Below are positions 30,912 through 40,602 of a DNA stretch of 64,000 bases, one piece after another. The stretch's first letter is position 1; each line of letters begins with the position of its first letter. The notes beneath the pieces were generated by a model, which was not told where the DNA came from, did not search any database, and saw nothing but the letters and a program-made list of their open reading frames with translations. The stretch comes from an uncultured Gemmatimonadales bacterium (GTDB lineage: Bacteria; Gemmatimonadota; Gemmatimonadetes; Longimicrobiales; RSA9). The stretch covers positions 160,001-224,000 of the forward strand of contig CAWCRS010000001.1 of NCBI GenBank assembly GCA_963798085.1. The letters run 5' to 3'. The position numbers and the translations under genes are program-made.

Positions 30912-31276
30912 CGGGCAGGGCCTTTGCGCCGGGCAGCGAGACCTGCAAACTGCGCGCGCAGCGCCGGCACCACGCCCAGCGACATGTCGGAGAGCGCCTG
31001 CACCGATTCCGCCAGCATGCGCGCGCCTTCCGTCTCCAGCCGGTAGAGGCGTTTGCTGCGGCCACCACGCTCGCCTGTCGGCTCGCCCAGCCGGCTCGCC
31101 ACCAGCCCCCTCGCCTCCAGCCGGCTGAGCGCCGTGTAGACCGCGCCCGCCGACACCCGCCGCTCCGTGCGTTCCTCGATCAGCTCGCGGATCGGCACGC
31201 CATACGCCTGCTCGGCTGGCAGGTCCAGCAGTGCCAGCAGGATGAGGTGTTCGAAATGACCAATGCCGCGCGCCAT
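30908..31276 (-). CDS. PadR-family transcriptional regulator
   Basis: GHFEHLILLAL..AYGVPI..GAVYTALSRLE..ERGGRSKRLY; ATGA overlap with the permease. Confidence 0.92.
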   Translation of the reverse strand: MARGIGHFEHLILLALLDLPAEQAYGVPIRELIEERTERRVSAGAVYTALSRLEARGLVASRLGEPTGERGGRSKRLYRLETEGARMLAESVQALSDMSLGVVPALRAQFAGLAARRKGPAR

Positions 31277-31452
31277 GGGCAATTAGTACTACACTGCATG
31301 GATAATGGCAAGCGTGATGCGCCGAAACCCGGAACACCGCGTGCGCGCGAAGCGCAGACCGAGTCCACAATGATCGTAGCGGACGTCGGCTGCCGACCAA
31401 TGCTCCGGGCAATGCGCCCGATTCACTGAACGAGTGTTGGTGTGTGCGCCGC

Positions 31453-31983
31453 TCAGCGGCTGTCGCTTCCCAGCGCTTTCGCAATTGCGTTCCATGTGCC
31501 CCAGCTGCGCGTGGTGGCCGGCGCGCCGAAAACCTGATCCAGCCTGCCCAGCTGGCTGATGACCTTCATCTGGCGCCGGTGTACACCGATCACGAAGCGC
31601 TGGCGGCAGGCGAGGATGCGCACGAGCCACTCGCCGCCCTCCGGCAGATCCAGAGGCAGCGATGGCGTACGGCGCGCAGCCCGTGACAGCAGGCTCACGA
31701 AGCGGATGATGTCGGGTCGTGGCGGATGATCCGCGAAGAAGTCGTGCGCGACGAGGCCCGTCACGTCGCGGCCATCGCAGATCATGATCTCCGCATCGAA
31801 CGGAAGTCGGCGCAGCACTTCCGTGCGCAGCTTCGCCCGAGTGACCGGGCGCCGCACCACGAAGGTACCGGTCGCGCCAATGTTGAGCGCATCCGAATGC
31901 CTCAACTGGCGGGCAAGCTCCGCCGGCCGGAACCGTCTGTGCCCGCCGACGTTGATGCCTCTCAGCAGCAGGACGAGCGCCAT
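31453..31983 (-). CDS. DUF1697-family protein
   Basis: LLRGINVGGH..L..IGATGTFV; C-terminal TTRSWGT. Confidence 0.82.
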   Translation of the reverse strand: MALVLLLRGINVGGHRRFRPAELARQLRHSDALNIGATGTFVVRRPVTRAKLRTEVLRRLPFDAEIMICDGRDVTGLVAHDFFADHPPRPDIIRFVSLLSRAARRTPSLPLDLPEGGEWLVRILACRQRFVIGVHRRQMKVISQLGRLDQVFGAPATTRSWGTWNAIAKALGSDSR

Positions 31984-32040
31984 GCGTCAGCGGCGCACCG
32001 CGTAGATCTCGACGTATTGCACCCCCGGATCATCCCTGTT

Positions 32041-32691
32041 CTATACGCTGTGCGCTGGCGCCAGCTCTGACATGCTGCCGGCGCCCTTCACTATTCGCAG
32101 GATCACCGGAGCGGTAATGATGCCGAGGATGAGCCCGCCCACCAGCAGCACGCCCACGTACAGCAGGGCGCCGACGATGCCCGGGATTTTCGGCAGATAG
32201 CGATCGCTGACAATGATCATGCCGCTGCCCAGGCACCAGCCGATGGTCGCCGTGGGTACCCACCACAACGCCGCACGCGAGCGGCGCCGGAGAACGCGCC
32301 ATTGCAGCACACTCACCACGACCCCACCCGCCACCACGAGCAGTGCGAGAGAGTAGGGGCGCTGCGTCATCAGGGCTTTCAGAATGTCCGACACCATGAA
32401 CGGCGCGGTCAGGCCCGCCGCGGACGCGATCCACCAGCGTCGCGCATCGCCGACGCTCCCACGCAGCACCCTTGCCTGCAGAAAGCCCGTGCCCAGACCC
32501 ATGCCCAGACCAATGGGAAACTGCGTGTTACCCAGTCCGACCATGCTGGTCAGCGCGATGAGGACGAGGACGAGAAGGAAGCCCACGGTCCAGCCGCCGA
32601 ACGTCGCGCCGATCCAGCGCGTGAGGAATCGATCGCCGCGACTCGAGGCGTCAAGGACGTTGGACACGTTCGCGCTCCCGGTTGTGGTCAT
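32041..32691 (-). CDS. Gly-rich multi-pass (about 6 TM) membrane protein
   Basis: Repeated W(I/V)xAxxxG and LQxxVLR units; ATGA overlap with the SIR2-like gene. Confidence 0.7.
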   Translation of the reverse strand: MTTTGSANVSNVLDASSRGDRFLTRWIGATFGGWTVGFLLVLVLIALTSMVGLGNTQFPIGLGMGLGTGFLQARVLRGSVGDARRWWIASAAGLTAPFMVSDILKALMTQRPYSLALLVVAGGVVVSVLQWRVLRRRSRAALWWVPTATIGWCLGSGMIIVSDRYLPKIPGIVGALLYVGVLLVGGLILGIITAPVILRIVKGAGSMSELAPAHSV

Positions 32692-33863
32692 AGCGTGGCC
32701 TGCGCGAAGCGTTCCGCGATCGCCGCGGCGAGCCCGCGGCCCGCGCCGAAGTCCCAGCGCAGATGATTGTGGTCGCCCACATGGTCGCCGAAAACGTCAC
32801 GATAGTTCTCGACGCGCGCGGCGTTCCACACACGATCGACGACCAGGCAGCGCAGGTCGCGCGCGCGGTTCTCGTGCAGGGCTCGGCGGATCGCGGCGCG
32901 GGTGAGAAAGTCGTCGCGGGGGAGCGAATAGCCGAGAAAGACGAACTCGTGTGCCGTCTGGCACACCTGCAGCACATCCTGCCAAATGCGCTGCTGTTCA
33001 ATGTAGCGGAACTGCTTGGCGAAAGTGGGCGCGGTGATGACCGGCGGACAGGCGAGCGGCGAGTGCACGGTTGCGCCGTCCACATCGAGCGGCAGCGCGA
33101 CCTCCGAGAAGGCGACAATACGCTGTTCGTAACGCGGGATGCGCACGTCGTTGCCGGCGATGAAGTAGGATTCACCATTGCCGATCCCCATTTGCACATC
33201 GTACCAGCCGACCGAGCCGTGTGGCTTGAGGACGAGCACATGCGGATCGCGCGCACGATGCTCGGCATCCCACGCGCCCAGCGTGTAGGAAACATCGCGA
33301 TGCAGATTCCAACCCAGATGGTAGTCGACTTCCTCGTCCCAGTTGAAATTGACGATCGCGTCTCGATCCGGTCGCACCGCAGCGATGGCGCCGGCCAGGT
33401 CCGCCGGCAGAGCGAGCGCGTCGCAAATGTCATGGAAATACGAACGTGTAACCGCCGCCAGATCGTGAAACAGGCTGCTCTCCGTCGAGGTTGCGCCGTT
33501 GCCGGCAGGCACGCCGCCCGGTCCCGGGCGCCGGTCCTGAACCAGCCAGGGGCTGTCGGCCAGCGTCCCTGCCATGGTGAAGAACTCCGCCACATCGATC
33601 TCATCAATGCGTGCACGACTGCTGGCGAAGTACTGGGCGAGGACCTGATCGATGATCCCGAGCAGCTGCCCCACGCGCTCCCGGTCGTTGCGCGTGCGCC
33701 GGACGCTGTTCGTGAAGCCGGGCGGGTATTTCCATGCGCTGCGAGACCGCGGGCCCGCAAGGTAGTCGACAATGCGGCGCATCAGATCACGGCCGACCGG
33801 ATACTGCGCGCCGGCCGAGAAGCCGGCGCCGATGAAATACACCCGTTCGAAAGAGCGCTTCAT
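32688..33863 (-). CDS. SIR2-like (SIR2_2) domain protein
   Basis: FIGAGFS; IVNFNWD; VLKPHGSVGW; ITAPTFAK; FVFLGYSLP..D. Confidence 0.82.
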   Translation of the reverse strand: MKRSFERVYFIGAGFSAGAQYPVGRDLMRRIVDYLAGPRSRSAWKYPPGFTNSVRRTRNDRERVGQLLGIIDQVLAQYFASSRARIDEIDVAEFFTMAGTLADSPWLVQDRRPGPGGVPAGNGATSTESSLFHDLAAVTRSYFHDICDALALPADLAGAIAAVRPDRDAIVNFNWDEEVDYHLGWNLHRDVSYTLGAWDAEHRARDPHVLVLKPHGSVGWYDVQMGIGNGESYFIAGNDVRIPRYEQRIVAFSEVALPLDVDGATVHSPLACPPVITAPTFAKQFRYIEQQRIWQDVLQVCQTAHEFVFLGYSLPRDDFLTRAAIRRALHENRARDLRCLVVDRVWNAARVENYRDVFGDHVGDHNHLRWDFGAGRGLAAAIAERFAQATL

Positions 33864-34027
33864 TGGGCGATCTGTGCGCACCGGCTCCGATGGATGGCGG
33901 CGAATCGAGCCGCGTGCCATAGTGTTAGCCGTATGCGGGCAGCGCAAGCCACTTGATCCTGACGCCGCCGCGGTCAGGCGAGCCCTGCGGTTTCAGACTC
34001 CGGGTCATCCGACCCGGACGCCTCGGC

Positions 34028-35125
34028 TCACTCCATCGTGATCACGACCTTGCCCCGCGCGTGCCCTGCTTCCTGGTAGCGGATCGCCTCGGGAAGCTCG
34101 CTGAGCGGCCAGGTCCGATCGATCACAGGCGTCAGTTTTCCGGTCGCCATCAGATCGCCCAGGATGTTCAGGTCTTTCACATTGAGGTTCGACAGGAAGA
34201 AGCGCATGGTCTGCGGCACGAAGCGCGTGTACACGAGCGCATTGAGCACCCGCGGCAGCGGCGCAATCCACTTGCCCGACGACGCGCCGATCATGATGAC
34301 GGCGCCGCGCGGCTGGAGCACCCGCCTGAGGTCGCGCAGCGAATGATTGCCCACCATGTCGAGAATCAGGTCGTAGTGCTGACCGCTCTTCGTGAAATCA
34401 TCCTTTGTGTAGTCAATGACTTCGTCCGCGCCGATCGAGCGGACCATGTCCACGTTTCTCGTGCTGCACACACCGGTGACGTGCGCGCCGAACGACTTTG
34501 CGATCTGCACGGCGAACGTGCCCACACCGCCCGAGGCGCCGTTGATGAGCACGTGCTGGCCGGCCTGGACCCTGCCGGCATCGCGCAGTCCCTGCAGCGC
34601 AGTGATCGCCGCCACGGGGACGGCCGCCGCCTGTTCGAACGTCATGTTATCCGGCTTCCGCACCAGCTGGTCCGCGCGCACCGTCATGTACTCGGCAAAC
34701 GCGCCGGTCCTGCCGCCGAAGACCGCGTCGCCCGGCTTGAGCTGCGTGACGCTCCTGCCCACCCCTTCGACGACCCCTGAGAAATCGACGCCCAGCCGTA
34801 TGTCCGCGGGTTTGCGCAACCCCATGACCATGCGCGCGATGTAGGGTTCGCCCTGCATGAAGTGCCAGTCGAGCGGATTGACCGAGGCCGCGCGTACGCG
34901 GATCAGGACCTGGCTGTCACCGGGGACCGGCTTCTCGATATCCACGAACTTCAGAACGTCCGGCGATCCGTAGTCGCAGTAAATGAAAGCCTTCATCGGG
35001 TCACCCGGCACAGCGGTGCGATCGCTGCAGCTGTTGTCCGACCTCCAGTAGGCAACGAGTCCCGTTGCCAGGATCCCGAGCAGCAGCGTGCCTGCGCTCC
35101 ATGCTGCAACGCGCTTGAGCTTCAT
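34028..35125 (-). CDS. MDR-superfamily NAD(P)-dependent oxidoreductase
   Basis: YGSPDVL; AASVNPLDWH; LINGASGGVGTFAVQIAK; GKVVI; N-terminal TM/signal extension. Confidence 0.92.
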   Translation of the reverse strand: MKLKRVAAWSAGTLLLGILATGLVAYWRSDNSCSDRTAVPGDPMKAFIYCDYGSPDVLKFVDIEKPVPGDSQVLIRVRAASVNPLDWHFMQGEPYIARMVMGLRKPADIRLGVDFSGVVEGVGRSVTQLKPGDAVFGGRTGAFAEYMTVRADQLVRKPDNMTFEQAAAVPVAAITALQGLRDAGRVQAGQHVLINGASGGVGTFAVQIAKSFGAHVTGVCSTRNVDMVRSIGADEVIDYTKDDFTKSGQHYDLILDMVGNHSLRDLRRVLQPRGAVIMIGASSGKWIAPLPRVLNALVYTRFVPQTMRFFLSNLNVKDLNILGDLMATGKLTPVIDRTWPLSELPEAIRYQEAGHARGKVVITME

Positions 35126-35357
35126 GGATTTGCTTCCTGTGGAATGATCTCCGGGGCGGGCTTTGCGTTCGAGCCGCACGACTCGACCGCATGGGAGTGT
35201 ACTTTCGCCTGCATCGCCTCGCCGTACTACGAGAAAACCGGACGTGCAGTTTCGTTTCGTCGCTCGCGCTTGCGCAGGCAGCGACCGCGTCTGTTGGCGG
35301 AATCAAGGGGAACCGCGCCTCAAACATGGCGTTAGAGGTCCGGTGGCCGGCGCCGGC

Positions 35358-36698
35358 TCAGGCCCCGGCCAGCTCGCTCATGGCCTGATCAGCAGCGGTT
35401 TCGGCTTCGTGCAGGGCGACGACGCGCTCCGCAAGTGACGCGCGCAGCTTCCTGCAATCAGGCTCGGACAGCGGGAACGACGCCTTCGCCTGCTTCTGCA
35501 TGGTGTCCAGCTTCTCCCAGCACGCGTGCAGCCCGGCTTCGGCGTCGTCGCTTTCACTGTTGGCCAGCTCGGCTCGCCGCGCGCATGTCTCGCGGACTTC
35601 GCGGAACGCGGGCACATCATCGGGCAGTGCGGCGTGCGCCAGGTCCGACCACTGCCCGGCCAGCGCCCGATAACGCGCTGCAAGGGACTCCAGCGGCTTC
35701 TGCTTCGTGGCCTGTGCGGCCTCGTGGAGGAATTCCGCGAAGAGCGGACGGCACAACCCGCCGCCTGTGCCCTGGTACTCAATGCACTCGTAGATCAATG
35801 TCAGGCCCCGCCACAACCGGTGGCCGGACGGAAACACACGCGCCCAGCCTTCCTTGTCCTTGTCGCTGGTGAGCCGTTCGGCCCAGGTGCGCAGCGCACC
35901 CAGCGTGAAATTGCTTTTCGCCTGTCTGGGTGCGCCCTCACCCGCGAGTCCGCCGTGCGCGGCGCCCAGTGCCTGCCGCACGATCACCGAAAGCGCCGTC
36001 GGCTGCGTGATCTTCGCTGGCGCGCGCAAGGCGAGCACACGCGTCCTGTCTTTCTTGATGCGGCTGCGCGCGGCAGCGAGTGCGGCCAGCGGGATCGAGA
36101 CCGGCGCATCGCCCAGATCGCCAATGCTGGCGGTCTTCGCGACGTCGTCAATGCCGTACACTGTAATGACGTGGTAGGCCATGCCGTTCGGATCGACGGG
36201 CATGGCGCGGTGCGGCAGCAGTGACGCATCCACCCAGGCAATGCAAACACCGTGTTCGTCCAGCAGCGCGCGCAGGTTCTGCTCCGCCGGCTTCGCGCCC
36301 GACGCCTCCTTCACCACGACTTCCGCGCCCAGCCGTTCGGCAGCGCCCCGCAAGTATGCCTCGTAGTCGTGCCAGAGATGACGGCCGGCAAGGAAGAAGG
36401 AGGCAAAGTCGCCTTTCTCGTAGTAGAACGAGAACAGGCCAATGCCAATGCCGCCCGCGAGACCGAACGTCATGGCCTCGTTGAACGGCCGCTTCGTGTG
36501 CGGGTCGCGCAATCCCGCGGCTGTGAGCGCGACGCGCAGCGCCGTGGCGGCTGGGATGTTGCCGGGGAAGTGCGGCCCTTCCTGGCTATCGGTTGCAGAC
36601 GACTGCGCGATCACCCGGCGGCGCGCGCTGGCGTAGCTCTCGCCCGTCTTTTCCATGCGGCTGCGGACCAGTTGCTTGAGGTGCCTTTGGCGGGTCAT
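35358..36698 (-). CDS. BtrH_N / DUF4872-like protein with basic N-terminal MTRQ..KTGESY module
   Basis: EAMTFGLAGGIG; AWVD..LPH; YHVITVYGID; GTGGGLCRPLFAEFL. Confidence 0.75.
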   Translation of the reverse strand: MTRQRHLKQLVRSRMEKTGESYASARRRVIAQSSATDSQEGPHFPGNIPAATALRVALTAAGLRDPHTKRPFNEAMTFGLAGGIGIGLFSFYYEKGDFASFFLAGRHLWHDYEAYLRGAAERLGAEVVVKEASGAKPAEQNLRALLDEHGVCIAWVDASLLPHRAMPVDPNGMAYHVITVYGIDDVAKTASIGDLGDAPVSIPLAALAAARSRIKKDRTRVLALRAPAKITQPTALSVIVRQALGAAHGGLAGEGAPRQAKSNFTLGALRTWAERLTSDKDKEGWARVFPSGHRLWRGLTLIYECIEYQGTGGGLCRPLFAEFLHEAAQATKQKPLESLAARYRALAGQWSDLAHAALPDDVPAFREVRETCARRAELANSESDDAEAGLHACWEKLDTMQKQAKASFPLSEPDCRKLRASLAERVVALHEAETAADQAMSELAGA

Positions 36699-36822
36699 GG
36701 TCGGTTCTCCTCAGATCCGGAATGCCCGAACCCCACGCGCCCGGCCCTCCGGAAGTGAGTGAGCCGTCACCATGCTGGACCACGGGTCCGCTCGAGGACA
36801 TGCATCCCCTTTACCCTCGCCC
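36699..36822 (-). promoter_or_regulatory. Candidate structured 5' leader RNA
   Basis: Several stems on the minus strand (CGAGG/CCUCG, GGACC/GGUCC, GUGA/UCAC, long hairpin closing just before the GAGGAG RBS). Confidence 0.35.
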
Positions 36823-36925
36823 TGCCGGTCGCGTGGGAACCGGTCTGAGGGTCAGGCGCGAGCAGCGCCGAACACCAAGTTATCGGCCCGTGCGGGGCCG
36901 GCAAGGGCGAGGATGGCGACGGCGG

Positions 36926-37487
36926 CTAGCGCGGCCAGAGCCAGCCGAACATGCCGGCCGTGAGCAGCGCGTAGATCAACCCGTCCAGCGTCGCCTTGAG
37001 GCTGAGGCTCAGGCTGCGGCGATACCAGAATGGTCATCTGCCAGAGCGCCAATGTGTAGGCAGTGAAGGCTACCGCGCCGACGAAACGGAAAACGCTCAG
37101 GTAGTCCGCGCCGGGTGGCAGGGCGCGCCCCGCGACGTAGCCCGCGAACACGCCCACAACCACGAGGTAGAGGAACCAGTAGACCAGGTTCGTGCCGATG
37201 GGCATCGGCCCGTTGGGCATCACCGTCATCACGACGACGGGCCCCTGCTTCATCTTCTCGAGGAATCCGGGCGAACGCATGTCACGGCCGTCCGCGGCGC
37301 GCGGCACCATGTAGTCGCCGGGCGGAATCGTGAGCGGCCGCACGGCGTCGCGGAACCGCTCTTCGTCGGGCACACGCGGGTAGTCTCCCTTGTGCCAGGG
37401 CATGGCCATGTGGATCAGCCAGCTGACAATGAACAGGAGCACGGACGAAAGCAGGATCGGAAGCCACAACGCATAGAGCCCGGTCAT
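36926..37487 (-). CDS. Conserved hypothetical membrane protein (frameshift near 37025)
   Basis: [26 protein letters not shown]; alternative frame continues [24 protein letters not shown]. Confidence 0.75.
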
Positions 37488-37756
37488 GGGACCTCCTGTG
37501 GTGTGTGCGGCGTTCCCTTCGCCTCGCGCGGCGAGGTGCCGACCCGGGTGCCTCGGGGGATGAGCGCGGACACGTCCAGGCGGCCGTCGCATGCGGCGCT
37601 CCGGATGTTACGCTTTTTCCTGCTGTCGGCCAGTGGACTGCCCCCCAACCAGGATGAGCCGGTCAATACGGGATTTCCCCTCGCCTCTGACGGGACAACC
37701 CCTCTGGCATCCGGATGCTGCCGCGGCACTGTTCAATGCAGTCGTACTCATGCGGG

Positions 37757-40567
37757 ATGTCTGGTATGGTCGTGGTTGCCCCGCTCTCCAGCGACGCCGA
37801 CGCCCAACCGACGAGCGGCCCGTCGGTGGATCGTTTCGCGCACTCCATGCGCGTGCAGCGTGCGGCGCTCTGGCTCACGCTGGTGCTCTACGCCGGCTTC
37901 GGCGCGCTCGACCCGTGGCTGGCGCCCGCCGCCGTCATGCGCATCTGGCTGATTCGCGGCGTCGTCAGCGTGGCGCTGCTCGCCGGACTCTACCTGCTGC
38001 GTGACTCGCCTTCCCCGGCCCGCGTGCAGGCCGTCCTCGTGTCCGCGGTCCTGTTCATGGGCGCGGGACTCACGGGCATTGTGCTGTTCGCGGGCGCCAC
38101 GGGCGGCGCGACGTATGTCGTCTCGTTCGTGCCCGTCGTGCTCTTCGCGCACGGCCTGGTGCGGCTCCGTTTCCTGCCCGCGACGGTCTCCTGCTGGCTG
38201 GTAACACTGGGTTATCTCGGCGCCGCCGCACTGGCCGGCGGCATGCCGGCGAGCGCACTGGCCGGACAGATCTTCCTGCTCGGCTCCGCCAACGTCATGG
38301 GCATGTTCGCCAGCTGGCAGCGCGACAGCTCGGCGCACTGGGCCAATGCACTGGCGCGCAGCGAAGCCCGCCTGCAGCTGCTGGTCGATTCCATGAACGA
38401 GGGCCTCGTCGCCGTCGACGACGCCGGATACGTGACCTGGGCCAACCGCAGCGCCTGCGAGATGTTCCGCCTGGATCCCGCCCGCGCGGCGGGACGCCAC
38501 CCGTTCGAGTTCCTCGATGCAGAGAATCGCAGGGTCTTCGAGCAGCAATTCAGCGTGCGCAGCGGCGGCCTGCGGCAGCGCTATGAGATCGACTGGGTGC
38601 GTACGGATGGCTCGAGCTTCAACTCGATCGTCTCGCCGCAGCCGCTGTTCGCGGGCGAAGGCCGCTTCTCGGGCAGTGTCTCCGTAATCACCGATGTCAC
38701 GCCGCTCAAGGAAGCCGAGCGCGCCGTGCGCCGCAGTGAGGCCCGGGTGCAGGCGATCTTCGCCAGCGCCGCGGTCGGTTTCGCCGTGATCGATCGTGGT
38801 GGCCGACTGGTGCAGGTCAATGAGCACCTCGCGGCGCTGACAGGCTACACGCGCGCCGAGCTGCGCGGCCGGACGTACCTCGACCTGATCCCGCCGCCCG
38901 ATCGCCCGGCCATCCAGCACAACATCGAGGGCTTCTTCGCCGGCGAGGTACCGCTCACGCGCGAAGAACGCTGCTACCTGCGCAAGGATGGCAGCACCTT
39001 CGTGGCGACGGTCGCGCCCGCGCCACTGCGCGTCGACCAGGACCAGGTCGAAGCCATTGTCATCTCCCTCGTGGACATCACGGCGCTGAAACAGGCAAGG
39101 GAAGCACTGGAGCAGAGCGAGCGGCACTTCCGCGAGCTGGTCGACTACGCCAGCAGCATCATCCTGCGCTGGGACGTGGATGGCACGATCCGTTTCGTGA
39201 ATCCGTTCGGCCTGCGCTTCCTCGGCTATGCTCGCGACGAGATCGTCGGCCGCAACGTCGTCGGTCCGATCGTGCCCGCGACCGACAGCAGCGGCCGCGA
39301 CCTGGCCGCCATGATCCGCGACATCACCATCCATCCCGAACGCTACCTGTTCAACGAGAACGAAATCCGTGACCGCAACGGCAGGCGTTACTGGGTGGTG
39401 TGGACGAATCGCGCGCTGTACGGCCCTGACGGCCGAGTTGCTGAAGTGCTCAGCATAGGAACCGACATCACGGAGTTGAAGCAGGCCAGAGAGGCCCTGG
39501 CGAAACAGCGGGACGAGCTGGCCGAGCTTAACGATTTCATACGCAGCGTCTTCGGCCGCTACGTATCCGACGCGGTGATGGAGGATCTGCTGGCGTCGCC
39601 GGCGTCCCTGCGCGTGGGGGGAACCAAACGTGCTGTTTCCATCCTGGTCTCCGACATCCGCGGCTTCTCCACGATCTGCGAAGAATTGTCGCCCGAGCAG
39701 GTAGTGGCGCTGCTGAACACGTACTTCGAGACCATGACCGCGGTCATCGAGCGCTACGACGGCACCATCGACGAGCTGCTGGGCGACAGCCTGCTCGTGC
39801 TCTTCGGCGCGCCCGTCGAAGCGCAGGACCACGCCGCCCGCGCCCTCGGCTGTGCTGTCGACATGCAGCTCGCCATGGCCAATGTGAATGCGCGCAATGC
39901 GTCGAGCGGTCTGCCCGCCATCGAGATGGGCATCGGCATCGACACCGGCAATGTGGTGGCCGGCAGCATCGGCTGCGCGCGCCGCGCGAAGTATGGCGTC
40001 GTGGGCAGCCACGTAAATCTGGCCTCGCGCATCGAGTCGTTCACCGTGGGCGGTCAGATCCTGGTGTCCGACCAGGCCAGGCGGGGCGCGGGAGAGGGCT
40101 TTGTTTTCGGGCGACGACTCGAAGTCCAGCCCAAGGGCGCGCGCGAACCGCAGCTGCTGCACGAAGTGCTCGGCGTGCGCGGCGCAGACCCGAGCCTCAG
40201 CGCCAGGCCCGAACCGGCCGGAACGCCCGTCGATCTGGACGTCACCTACCGCATCGTGGAAGAGAAGCACGTGTGCGAAAGCACATGCCGGGGCCGCATT
40301 GTACGACTGTCACGCACCTCCGCCGAAATGACCTGCAGCGCCACGCCGCCTCTGCTGACTAACCTGCTGTTATGGATTGGCGGCGGGCCAGCCGGCGAAG
40401 CGGCCGGGGAAATCTACGCCAAGGTCGTGGACCATGCCGGGGCCGGCCCCGTGACGCTGCGCTTCACTTCGGTACCGCCCGCGGCCAGGCGGTTCTTTGC
40501 GCAGGTGCTTGCGGCCTCGCCGGAGGAAGCAGCCGCGCACGCTGCGGAACCCGTTTCTGCCAGCTGA
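37757..40567 (+). CDS. Membrane-bound PAS-PAS-PAS class III nucleotide cyclase
   Basis: About 6 N-terminal TMs; three PAS/PAC domains (DVT/DIT ends); VSDIRGFS, IDELLGDS, KYGVVGSHVNLASRIE. Confidence 0.9.
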   Translation: MSGMVVVAPLSSDADAQPTSGPSVDRFAHSMRVQRAALWLTLVLYAGFGALDPWLAPAAVMRIWLIRGVVSVALLAGLYLLRDSPSPARVQAVLVSAVLFMGAGLTGIVLFAGATGGATYVVSFVPVVLFAHGLVRLRFLPATVSCWLVTLGYLGAAALAGGMPASALAGQIFLLGSANVMGMFASWQRDSSAHWANALARSEARLQLLVDSMNEGLVAVDDAGYVTWANRSACEMFRLDPARAAGRHPFEFLDAENRRVFEQQFSVRSGGLRQRYEIDWVRTDGSSFNSIVSPQPLFAGEGRFSGSVSVITDVTPLKEAERAVRRSEARVQAIFASAAVGFAVIDRGGRLVQVNEHLAALTGYTRAELRGRTYLDLIPPPDRPAIQHNIEGFFAGEVPLTREERCYLRKDGSTFVATVAPAPLRVDQDQVEAIVISLVDITALKQAREALEQSERHFRELVDYASSIILRWDVDGTIRFVNPFGLRFLGYARDEIVGRNVVGPIVPATDSSGRDLAAMIRDITIHPERYLFNENEIRDRNGRRYWVVWTNRALYGPDGRVAEVLSIGTDITELKQAREALAKQRDELAELNDFIRSVFGRYVSDAVMEDLLASPASLRVGGTKRAVSILVSDIRGFSTICEELSPEQVVALLNTYFETMTAVIERYDGTIDELLGDSLLVLFGAPVEAQDHAARALGCAVDMQLAMANVNARNASSGLPAIEMGIGIDTGNVVAGSIGCARRAKYGVVGSHVNLASRIESFTVGGQILVSDQARRGAGEGFVFGRRLEVQPKGAREPQLLHEVLGVRGADPSLSARPEPAGTPVDLDVTYRIVEEKHVCESTCRGRIVRLSRTSAEMTCSATPPLLTNLLLWIGGGPAGEAAGEIYAKVVDHAGAGPVTLRFTSVPPAARRFFAQVLAASPEEAAAHAAEPVSAS

Positions 40568-40602
40568 CAACGAAGCAGACTCCGCAGAGCGCGTCGCCTG
40601 CT

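Noticed and set aside
37748..40270. 840-aa minus-strand ORF
   Set aside because: Antisense shadow of the cyclase gene
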